Shown piece by piece: positions 10,101 to 20,554 of a stretch of DNA of 64,000 nt. A model generated the notes under the pieces. The model did no database searches and was not told the origin of the DNA. It worked only from the letters and a program-made list of their open reading frames with translations. Within the stretch, counting starts at the first letter, position 1. Every line of letters starts with the position of its first letter. Position numbers and translations under genes: made by a program. The DNA lies in contig NW_025964372.1 of the NCBI RefSeq assembly GCF_023055435.1, positions 7,688,001 to 7,752,000 on the forward strand, read 5' to 3'. Origin of the DNA: Haliotis rufescens. Lineage: Eukaryota.

Positions 10101-13100
10101 ACTGTGGCACTGAAAAGTCTTGAAGATACACTCACTCCTGTTTAAGGCCACTGTGTCCTGGCAGATCAGGTTATGTTTTAATTCATTCTTGAACTGTTTT
10201 TTCTGGTGCATCTTGACTTTTCTTACAGCTGTAATTGTGAATTACAGAACAATCCGCTGGCTTGACCGCTGTTTGAAGGCGCACCAACGCCCACACGACC
10301 AGAACATTTTCCCAATCGTGCAGGGAGGACTGGACCGGAACCTTAGGATCAAGTGCGCTAAAGGTGGGACCCAAACACATTGTTGAGTGACTGTTAGCGA
10401 GAAGTCGTTCTGCCACATCTGACCCCTATTGATGATGACTTCCCATGAGATGGCCCACGTACAAAGGGGGGCACAGGTGGCCCAGTTGTCTCAGGTGCCG
10501 CAATTCGCTGTGCAGAGTTATGTCCCTTGGGCACGGTTGAAATCTATGATCAGGGGTTTGAATCCCGATTTGCCCCGATTATGTTTCTAGTTTGTCAGCA
10601 CCATATCCGTGCTCTTGGGTTTCAGCAAAATGGTAAACGTCTTATACGGTCATCACTTGGGGCTTTCATCCCACATTAAGCTAAAATGTTGTGATATAAC
10701 TGGAATACTGTTTAAAGCAAGGTTAAACCAAATCACCCATGTATAGGCTCTTTCCCATTGATTTTACAATAACCATTAGAAGTGGCCTTTATTTACTTAA
10801 TATAACAGGGGCGGTCGGGTAGCCTAGTGGTTAAAGCGTTCGCTTGTCACGCCGAAGAATCGGGTTCGATTCCAGACATTGGTACAATGTGTGAAGCCCA
10901 TTTCTGGTGTCCCCCGCCATGATATTGCTGGAATATTGCTAAAAGCAGCATAAAACCATACTCACTCACTCACTCTTAATATAACCAGTGTTTCATTTTG
11001 ATAAACATATAAGTTATAAGAAAGCAGCAGTGCCTGGCATAAGCAGTTGAACAAAAATCAGAGTCTACATATTTTAACAGTCTGTGACAGTTCCTGTAAA
11101 TATGATTACCGTATTCGACGTATTTGCTAATATATTGGCTAGTGAACAATTCCAATTCCTTCCGATTGATCAATGTACACAAGACTTATTTATTCGTGTA
11201 TAGTACACACTCGTGTGTTATATGCACCCTTAATTATGGGCAATTAAATTCTTGAAAAATATATCTGTCGTGTATAATACATACAGACTTTTTTTTGTAT
11301 CATTTCAGGCTGTCAGCATAAACCACGAAATTTACAATCTTTCAACTCTGTTGTTTTTCACCAAAATGTTATTCTAAAAAGAGCCCCCTATTTCTAATTT
11401 TGAGAGCGCCCTGGGCGCTTATTATGTCGAATACGGTATATCATAAATGGTCATAACAAAGACTTTTCATTGATAACTGTATCAACTCTAGCCTTCATCA
11501 AGTCATAACAAACATAGTCAGTTAATCGTAACTTGGGTAATGAATCTATCGTCATGTGAGTTGTTAACAGAAAAATCCAACCTGATCTGGAACATGGCTG
11601 CCAAGGCGACTATTTGAAAATGTCATTTTTGGACTTTGCTCTGCCATTTCTGCATGTATCATTCTAAAATTTGATGTGCAGCAAGTATGTGGTTTTGGAA
11701 TAACATGTACTATGTATTTTTTAATATTTTGATTTTTGATCCATCTATGACCTTTGACTTTCACCTACCCTCATTTTACTTGTGTTTATTTCAACACCTC
11801 CTGAAATTACCAGGACTGTGAGCATTGATGAAGCTGAAACTTTGCATGAATATTCTTAGCAATATTAATCATCTTGATCTGATGCTAAACATTGACTGAT
11901 GAAGCTGAAATTTGAAATCTGGATCTGAATTCATGTGAGTGGCTTTAGAGACGCCATTACTAGGAAAATGCAACTTCAGTTAAGGTGAAAAGATAGGGAT
12001 AATGTGTCGAGCAGGATGCTTTGGCAAATGGCTGATTCTTCCTTATGAACATGACTTTAACTGTGCATTTATTAATCAGATCTATAGAGGTTGGAATACA
12101 CTAAAACTCTCTATGTTATCTCAGAGTTGACCAAACGTGATGTTCCTGGCTTTGCAATCGGTGGTTTGAGTGGCGGAGAGGAAAAGACTCACTTCTGGAA
12201 AATGGTGGATGTGTCTACAGACTATTTGCCTGACAACAAACCCAGATACCTTATGGGAGTCGGGTAGGTTTGCAATAGGTTGGGAGTTTGGGAAAGGAGA
12301 AAATAAATTACAGTGGAAATCTTTTGTCATTTAACAGAAAAATTCATAATGTCATTTGTTGTGAAAAATGACTGTGAAGTTGTTGACAGTAGCTGCAACT
12401 TCTTACTTTAGGAACAGGACAAGGACCCTTCAGGATTTCCAATCTGCTCATTTTCTAGGATATTGACTGATTGTCAATCAAAATTTGAAGACTTTTCTAT
12501 ATTTGATGATGATATATAGAAGAATGCCACATCAAAAGTTGATAATATCCAGAAATTTTCCTAATTCCATTTGTCTCTAGCAAATTCACTGCCCCTTGAT
12601 TTACATGCTTTACTTGGAACTCTGCTGTGCCGTCAGTCATGATATCTCCTAGTCTTTATAGACGGAGTGAAACCCAGCTAGTCCCCTGCAGAAATCACTC
12701 CTGCCATTATTCCTGAAATATCGCTGCCATTACTTGACTTCAGGTTTGCTGAGGACCTGGTTGTGTGTTCGGCGCTGGGCTGCGACATGTTCGACTGTGT
12801 ATTTCCCACAAGAACCGCCGTAAGTCTGTTCATCAGCTTCATACAATGTTTCAGGTGTGTCAGATGTTTTGGTTGATCATGTAAAATTATGTCTTCCAAT
12901 ATTTAAAAAATGACTTTCACCCAAATGGTAAGTTTTGCAAGATAAAATAAAAAAAACTTATTTAATGTGTCAAGTCAGTATTGAGGTTTGTGATAGTGCC
13001 CATGAGATACAATGAAATCTTAATTCCAAATCCAAGGACCACTGTAAATATACTGAAACACATTGAAAGACATGATCAACAAAAAAACGAAAAATATGCT

Positions 13101-16100
13101 TTTGTGCATTAAATGAGATAAGAACCTGTAGGATGAAATTGTTGTTTTAGATTATCATATACCCAGAACAACTTACTTATATTTTTGTGGCCATATTGCC
13201 AAATATTACAAAAAGTCGAATATGCGTTTTCAAATTGGCTCAGAATACAACAAGGTATCTTTAGTTGAGGGCAGATGTAGTGCTGATATGGCTATGGATC
13301 ATAAAGTGACCAAGCACCAAGTCTAGCTAGAATGATTGAAAAATGCAGATGTTTGTTTTGGAGACATTTCTGATTATAAGCAAGTGTGAAATCCAAGATG
13401 GCTGTGTTTGTGCTTGATTAGAATAGATCCCCTCAACTTATGCTTGTTGTACAGGGTGGCTAAATGGGTACAGCCTTCTTTCCCCTACAGTTCATTTCAT
13501 CTACAGTCAGTTTAACTGTGGCAAGGTGGGGTGACTCAACAACACTCAGTGATCTCATCCCTCAGATGATAGGTCCAAACTCCATAATACTAGAGAAAAA
13601 AAACTTAATACAGTTAAAACTTCAAATAAAGCTGAACAATTTTAAATATCCTGCTCAGGAGTAGTTTAGTAGTAAATAAAGGCTACCCTTTCTCTGAGTA
13701 GTCTCTCATAATGTTTTAGAACATTATAACCTCGGATCATGCCGAACACATGGCTTACTAATAACAAGAAAGATATGTATTTACACTTATTGGAGTTCAA
13801 AGCATCTTTCCTTTGAGTAAACATATTTCTGAAAGATACTGCTAAATCAATTAATTATCAGGAGATGTGTTTTTGGTATTAGTGTTTTACTTACATGCTT
13901 TTAGTTAAACTTGAATTGTTTGATAGACATTTCTTAGAAGTTGATGGATTACAAAGTAGACTAGTTTATATACAACTTCTTCATTATAGAAATAAACGAC
14001 TTGTGGTAGTTGTTTATCATACAATAAAACACTACAGTGTAGTTTTATTGTACGATAAACAACGACCACAACTTGTTTATTTCTTATGTGAGATTGCAAC
14101 ATATTGTACAGTCTATTTATGGATGTCAAAATGTGCAAGCTTTGAAAACATTTACCCATATTTAAATAAGGATGACTCCCTGAAAACAATCTGACCTTGG
14201 CAAGTCCATTTTATGTAAAGGGGGGTTAAGTTTGGTATTCACACCATTTTCACGTTGATGACCTGCACCTTTTCTTCCAATACCTATTGTCAAATCTCTC
14301 CACTTTTGGGTATGATCGTTCGGCCATTATGTTCATCTGCGTTGCCCAGCTACATCTATGGGGAACAACTCACTAGACACGACCCTCTCAAAAATAACGT
14401 CGTCCGATATATGACGTCATCAAGTTGCGAGCACATGTTCAAATCTCCAGAAATGACGTCATGATTGAACAATGTTTTATCATGCAATAAACCAAGCTTC
14501 GTTCTCCATTGTTCTTTGCGATTTATTGCATAGCTATTTTAGATGATACCGTAAAAGCAGTGTTTTGGTATAGATCTATAAACCCTTGTCAGCTTGGTTG
14601 AACTGTTGAACAGCTCAATGTTTTTTTTCAGAAATATATTGATATTATATAGTGCTTGTTCATCTGCAGCCGGAGTACAGAGCTATTACAAAACATAGGT
14701 TTTAACTTACCTGATGCTTCACAGTGCTATAGGTGTAGCGTCAGGTAAGTATAAAAATCATTGCATTTAATCAGAAATTTTCTTTTTGCTGAAATGTTAG
14801 ATGTTATAAATGTTATAAGTCAATGGCAAAAGTCAAATAAACAGATATGGTGGATGCAGTAAAATTTTGAAGTTAAATCAGTACTTTTAAAAAATTGGGC
14901 ATAGCTTTCGCGCACCCAGCTGGGTCTGGGAGCAATACAGCCATAAACTTCACCCCCCCACCCCCCAGACACTAGGACAACTGTCACAAGTGTGCAATGT
15001 CTGACCCTTTCCCCATGTTGAGAAAATCTTACCTTGTACTTACTTACCTATTGTTGAAAAAAACCCAAATCAACGTTGCAAAGATAAGACATTAATACAA
15101 CATATATCCCCGTGTTATGGGTTTTTTCGGATGCTTAAGAAACAATTCATAGTTTTCTCTCTAATCACATGAACAACTGTAAAACATCTCATTCACTTAT
15201 AGGCTAAAAGACAACTTTATCTTAAAAACCCCAACGTTATAGTGCAAGTACTCGAGATAGGAAATGTATGATGTCCAAAAACCTATGATCCGATGATAAT
15301 AGTATTGTGTCATGAATAATAATAAAAGCTCTGATCAAAAACAGGACAATACGCGATGGTTGTCTGTAAATCATGATAATAATTTTCGGAGTATTTTTTA
15401 AAAATCTTTGATTATATTTTTACGTGGAAGATGATTTTTTCCGAGGACTACTGGTTTAAAAAACATGAAATGTCCACGTTTCCGCGGAGATTTCACATCC
15501 CTGATATAATGGATATATTCATCTTGGTAGACTGAGATGGTAATGTGGCTGTTAACCTTCTAGCACCTCACAGGCAGCTTGGCTTGTATACTCCCAAGGG
15601 AGCTGAGAATGAAAGTCAAGTGCTCACTGATCCATTGACCTGGGTAATAATAGTGTAGCGCTATGAGCATCCACTTGGTGAATGAAAATTGAATTATATA
15701 TGCACGTATTGTTGTTGTTCTTCTTGTTGTTATGACTCTCTCTTATACTTCTTTTTCTAATCCTACAAGGGCTGGTTTTTGAAGTTGTCAGCTTATTACC
15801 CCTCAAATCACTGGTGCAAAGCTTTTTTTGATAATACTGTACATGGACCCAACTGTAGACGATAATGGGCGCCCCAGCTAAATCTATAGGGTGGTCAGGT
15901 TCAGTGACTTGGTCCATTGTGGGTCTCCCTGACAGCATGGGGTGTTGGGTCCTGAAATACATTAGAAATTGGCGTGACAGAATTGGTAAAACCAAAGTAA
16001 CTATTGAACATTTCTCTTACAGAGGTTTGGCACGGCCTTGACACCCGATGGACAATTGAATCTGAAAAATAACACATTTGCTCGTGACTTCCGCCCTATA

Positions 16101-19100
16101 GACTCGCATTGTCCCTGTTCCACATGCAAGACGTACACCCGGGCCTACCTCAACACTGTAGTTACCACGGAGACGGTGGCCTGTCAGCTCCTGACTGTAC
16201 ACAATGTAGCCTACCAGGTACGTAACTAGATCCAGGTTAGAATGGGTCTTCAGCTACACATGCTTGTCGTGAGAGGCGACTATGCTTGTCGTAAGAGGTA
16301 ACTCACAGGATTGACTTGGTTGATGCATGATATCATATCCTAATTGCGTAGGTCCATGATCAAGATATCAATCACTGGGGTGTCTGGTCCAGACTCAACT
16401 ATTTACAAACCACTGTCATATAGCTGGAATATTGCTGAAGGCGGCGTTAAATAACAAACAAACAAACAAACAAACAAACAAAATAGATTGGTGCAGCCTC
16501 AGCAGGACATCAGTCAATTCATATGATTCAGGGGTCACACTGATGCTGGCTGTGTAGAGTTGTCTCCCTTTGATGCTAGGATTAACAAATTGTGGATTCA
16601 GAGCACAGATTTCCCCTGATAATAATCCTTCATCTTATCAGCACCATACCAGTGTGCATGGGTTTCATCATCTTCCCGAGGCAAGAGAGTTAACTGACTA
16701 TAAAAGTCCAGTTTCCACCCTTGCCGAACTAGGCTGGAATTACTGGGCTCGATCGTAGCGCCACCAGTGGCTATTACCAGTTATCTCTCTTCTAAGCCTC
16801 TCCTATGGACCAATCAGATTACACCTCTCGTATCACTTGCGTTTGCTTCCCACAAAATGGTGGCGCCCGGTCAAGACGATCTGATTGATAATCAAGATCT
16901 ATATTGGGATAAAACGGGTTTTACATTGCGAAATGCATCAAATCACGTGAGTACCTTGATTAAAAACATGAAAAGATTTGGACGAGTTGGCGGTGCACAT
17001 GCTTTGCAAATCCTGCAATCGACTGAAATCTGCACGAAAGTTTACGAACTGGATTTCGATTCCGGTGTGCGATTTTGATTGGACTATGCATAGACTCGTT
17101 AGTCCAGCCAAAATGTAACTCCATAATACCAGCCTAGTTCGGCAAGGGTGGAAACTGGACTTTTATAGTCAGTTAACTCCCTTGCCTCGGGAAGATGGGG
17201 TTTCATCAAAGTGGTAAATGTCTATGACCTGCATAATTTTGGGCTTTCACAGCTGAAGCCGAGATACCATGCTTTGAAATACTGTTGAGCATGACAAACT
17301 TATTCATCATAGCAAAGGCGTATATGTGGATACTCTCCGTCAGTACAACAAACATAAATGGAAATTATCAAAAATCATAATTTCTGAAAAAATTGGTTCA
17401 GTAGATTTTCTTGAAATTGTGATTAAAACCCAGGACATTTACGGAAGACTTCATTAAATATTTCAATGTAACCCAAAATATCATGATATTCGCAAGTGAA
17501 AATCTTGAAATATATTTCATACGATACGAATTCACATGAACTTTAAACATAGATAGTTCTTTCATCTGACCAAAGCATCTAAGGACTTTCTTAATCCTCC
17601 GCTTCACAAATTGATGCATAAATAGGACATAATTTACAATTTCGTTGACTGCGTGTTCACCATCTTGGTTTTAAAGTTGGCGCCACGACATATGACTGGC
17701 TATTAGGGCTGGGACAGGTAACTCGGGTCGGGTGGGTCCTGTGTAGGACCTGGGTACCCACAGGACTACCTGGACCCGTGGTTAGTCACATGATATATTG
17801 TTTAGTGACAAAAACTCACAAAAGCTCAGTGGTTACACTACAAGTTGCTAATGTTCGCATTTCTCTCTGACGACCACACATTCCTTTTGTGCCACATGCA
17901 CTTGTATATGTTTGAGTAACGATAAAGCTTCAGTCAACTTCAGTGTACGCATGATCTGAATGTTTGATACATGTGTCTAAAGAATTTTGGCCAGGGCTAC
18001 GGTAAAACAATTCCCAATCAGACATTTTGTTCCCAACTCTTGAGCCCTGTAGTGGGTACCAGGGTAGGGTCGGGTAATAGAGGGTCAGGTACCTGGGTAG
18101 GGTCGGATAATAGGGGGTCAGGTACCAGGGTAGGGTCGGGTAATAGGGGGTCGGGTACCCAGGTAGTAAATGTTTAGCGCGCCACAGCCAGCCATGAACC
18201 CCTGCTTCACTTCAGTGAAGACAATCAGAGCAGACTGCTTATCCTATCTTAACGTCTATCTAAACTATCCTAAACGTCTTTGATCATAGGTAGTAAAGCC
18301 CTAAGACCTAAGAAAAGTCATCTTGATAACAAACGATGAGGTATGATAGGGCCTAGCAATTGCAAGTTATAAATAACAGAAATCAATGAAATATTTTGAC
18401 AGCCTTCTGTGTTCCTGCAGGTGTGAGATCAGGGCCGTAATTTAAAGCCAAATAATGTATCACATATTACTGTCTTATTTGTGTGTCTTAGGAAAACCCT
18501 ATATCAAAAGCTGTTTCTTATGGCCAGCCTTGATTAAGTCATCCAGCCGTACAAAATATATTTAGCATATTTAGAGGTGAGAAGTGACAATGATAAAACA
18601 GTGTCTGATGTCATTCAAGAAAAGCCAATATTGTTAATGTGTGTGGAAAAAAGAAATTACAGAAGACATTGCCTCTCTACCTGATTTTGTAATTAATAGC
18701 ATGTGAATGTGTGACCAAGTATTAATGCTAGAAACGGCTGTATTCCCGTGTGTTCACCATGTCCTAAAGCTGACACACGCAAGTTTTCCTCACCATCCCG
18801 ACTATCAATAAAACTTGTGTAGTAGGCTGACCCGACATGAGTTATACTTGCACTTCTTCTAACACTGATACATTTATATGACAGGTCTACATGTTGTGTA
18901 CTAAATTTGACACAGATAGTTCTCCGTGAACTCTATGTATTTCTGTTACATGTCTTTGACCATGTACATATTGTTTCCACATCACGTTGATATTTCTTCC
19001 AGCTGATGTTAATGAAAGGGATCCGAGAAAGCATCATAGAAGATAAATTTCCAGAATTCATCAAGGAGTTTTTTCGCCAGTACTTCCCCAAGGGAGACTA

Positions 19101-19152
19101 CCCTGCATGGACAGTGGAGGCACTGGCCAAAGTAAATGTCAGCTTATCTTGA
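6931..19152 (+). CDS. QTRT1: Queuine tRNA-ribosyltransferase catalytic subunit 1 (eukaryotic TGT), 9 coding exons: join(6931..7152,8540..8608,9211..9349,9976..10054,10248..10363,12125..12263,12744..12819,16023..16217,19003..19152), 394 aa
   Basis: TGT motifs [28 protein letters not shown] (catalytic Asp), [44 protein letters not shown] and the Zn site CxCxxC...HN. All junctions are GT-AG and total 1185 nt in frame. Confidence 0.97.
7745..8005 (-). mobile_element. SINE family C copy
   Basis: Similar to 5022-5240; GAGT tail and shared 3' stem. Confidence 0.7.
8187..8355 (+). mobile_element. tRNA-derived SINE family A
   Basis: A-box TAGCCTAGTGG, B-box GGTTCGA, tRNA-Asp-like head, (CACT)n tail; further copies at 10808, 35945(-) and 50562(-). 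Confidence 0.9.
8540..8608 (+). CDS. QTRT1: QTRT1 exon 2
   Basis: [23 protein letters not shown]. Confidence 0.95.
8745..9180. repeat. 28-bp minisatellite (CCATGGATCCGAGTCCCAGCTGAGTCTG), ending 30 bp before QTRT1 exon 3
   Basis: Period of 28 read directly. Confidence 0.95.
9211..9349 (+). CDS. QTRT1: QTRT1 exon 3
   Basis: [46 protein letters not shown]. Confidence 0.96.
9470..9778 (+). mobile_element. SINE family D (V-domain-like body)
   Basis: AAAATGGTAyTTGTTGTTACCC.GCCT.GCG...AGGACTGG..GGCT.GGAG.CAGTA...GCTAGCACTATAAAA; related copies at 35535-35810(-) and 61340-61615(+). The V-SINE label is from memory. Confidence 0.7.
9976..10054 (+). CDS. QTRT1: QTRT1 exon 4
   Basis: [27 protein letters not shown]. 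Confidence 0.96.
10248..10363 (+). CDS. QTRT1: QTRT1 exon 5
   Basis: [38 protein letters not shown]. Confidence 0.94.
10465..10740 (+). mobile_element. SINE family C copy
   Basis: Aligns to 45163-45426. Confidence 0.7.
10808..10975 (+). mobile_element. tRNA-derived SINE family A copy
   Basis: Near-identical to 8187-8355. Confidence 0.9.
11109..11436. mobile_element. pogo/Tc1-mariner-type MITE
   Basis: TIR CCGTATTCGAC / GTCGAATACGG flanked by TA on both sides. Confidence 0.65.
12125..12263 (+). CDS. QTRT1: QTRT1 exon 6
   Basis: [47 protein letters not shown]. Confidence 0.96.
12744..12819 (+). CDS. QTRT1: QTRT1 exon 7
   Basis: [25 protein letters not shown]. Confidence 0.96.
16023..16217 (+). 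CDS. QTRT1: QTRT1 exon 8 (zinc-binding region)
   Basis: [15 protein letters not shown]...[19 protein letters not shown]...[10 protein letters not shown]. Confidence 0.96.
16228..16482 (+). mobile_element. SINE-like family B copy
   Basis: Family B body and (CAAA)n tail, immediately after QTRT1 exon 8. Confidence 0.85.
16669..17197. mobile_element. Non-autonomous DNA transposon (MULE-like MITE), 529 bp
   Basis: ~70-bp TIRs (CATCTTCCCGAGGCAAG...GAACTAGGCTGG) and a perfect 9-bp TSD GGGTTTCAT (16660-16668, 17198-17206). Confidence 0.88.
17704..18190. mobile_element. Degenerate hAT-like MITE with internal G-rich 30-bp repeats (18055-18165)
   Basis: TAGGGCTGGGAC start, GCCACAGCC end, GGGTACC/GGGTCGGG subterminal motifs; no clear TSD. 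Confidence 0.45.
19003..19152 (+). CDS. QTRT1: QTRT1 exon 9 (stop-containing)
   Basis: [49 protein letters not shown]. Confidence 0.95.
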   Translation: MMLMKGIRESIIEDKFPEFIKEFFRQYFPKGDYPAWTVEALAKVNVSLS

Positions 19153-20100
19153 CCAGAAGTTGTGTATCTCGTATCCAGTTATAAATATATATATGTGAAC
19201 CAACTTACTTGTTTGTGTTGTCTGTCAGAAGAGGTTTTTACCATAAAACAAGATGGGTCGATCATTTCATAGTATTTATTCAACAAAGGTAAAACCTGAC
19301 AATACTGTGCAGTTGCAAAAACCTCCTAGTTACAGGGTTGATGTACACCAAGCACTTTCCAATAATGTAATCATTCATGGTTTACACTGACTCTAAGCCA
19401 CAAAGATTATGAAAGGTGTTCTGAGTGTATATTTTAAAACTAGCTCTTCATATATAAAAATAGAAGCCAAAACCTTAGAATTTACATGTCGAAAATAAAT
19501 GATTGCATAAGCATGATGTATGCAGTATATAAAAAGATTAAGCATAAACCAGATGCAGATAAGACATGAGCAGAGTATTATCATAATTTTCAGACATGAC
19601 ATATATGTATTGCCAAAACACTGCAATAGAGATGTAAATATATGAAACATTTCCTGTAGAAGATATACAAAAATGGCTTGGGACCTTTGGCACTTGTTTG
19701 TAGATATGTGACAGTGGTATCAAGGCAGTGCTGCTCTACTATAGGACACATTCCCATCCTTTTACTGGTCACTTGACTGTGTTTCAACTGTGATGGAATG
19801 GTTCACAAGATGACTGGGGACTCCTTTAGGTGTTGAATGACAAGAGTTGAAACTCATGATTCACATGCTACAGAAGACCAACTACTCATGGGACACAAGT
19901 GATTAAGATTTTCTTTGAGAGTTAGAAATATATGGCCACATTTACAAATAACACACTTCACTTCTGATAATTCTGAATGTTGAAAATTAATTAGGTTCAT
20001 GAAATTATATATATCAGGCAACTATTAAACTATATCAACGGTTGCAATCAACTATTAAAGTGGAATGTTTACACAAAACATTGTGAATAATTTATTTTAA

Positions 20101-20106
20101 AATAAA
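20101..20106 (+). terminator. Candidate QTRT1 polyadenylation signal (an alternative AATAAA lies at 19494)
   Basis: AATAAA ~950 bp after the stop codon, followed by GT/T-rich sequence. Confidence 0.35.
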
Positions 20107-20554
20107 TGGGTGTTTTTGAAATGTCATTCACACACTGTATTTGGAGAGGTGATATTTGCTATTTGTAACCTCTGCCATGAATTGAAAACATCCATCAATG
20201 TATATACAAATAGTACATTTACTTTTTTGGTTAAAAATTTCTTTTACCAAAAGAAACAGATAATAAGTATGAAAACTTCAATAGTTTAATACCTTTCTAC
20301 ATCATTTGTGATTTACATTTACTTTTATTTGCTATTTACCACAGGGAATTGGGATTTGAAGAATTTTAACTGAAATGTATTTTAATGAGACTTTTGAAAC
20401 TTTTTTTTGGTTTCAACTAAATATATAAGGGTGTATTTACAGTGATACAAGATGCTACACAAAAATCATTAACAACACAATAAGTACCTTGAGGTACTGA
20501 TGTACTGTCACCGCCATGAAGTTTAACGTTTGCCTTCACCAAGATCTCAGATAC

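Noticed and set aside
14395-14465. CRE pair in QTRT1 intron 7 as a third copy of the duplicated promoter
   Set aside because: The spacing and flanks do not match the 35059/39837 module and no matching donor is present; probably inside an unclassified repeat.
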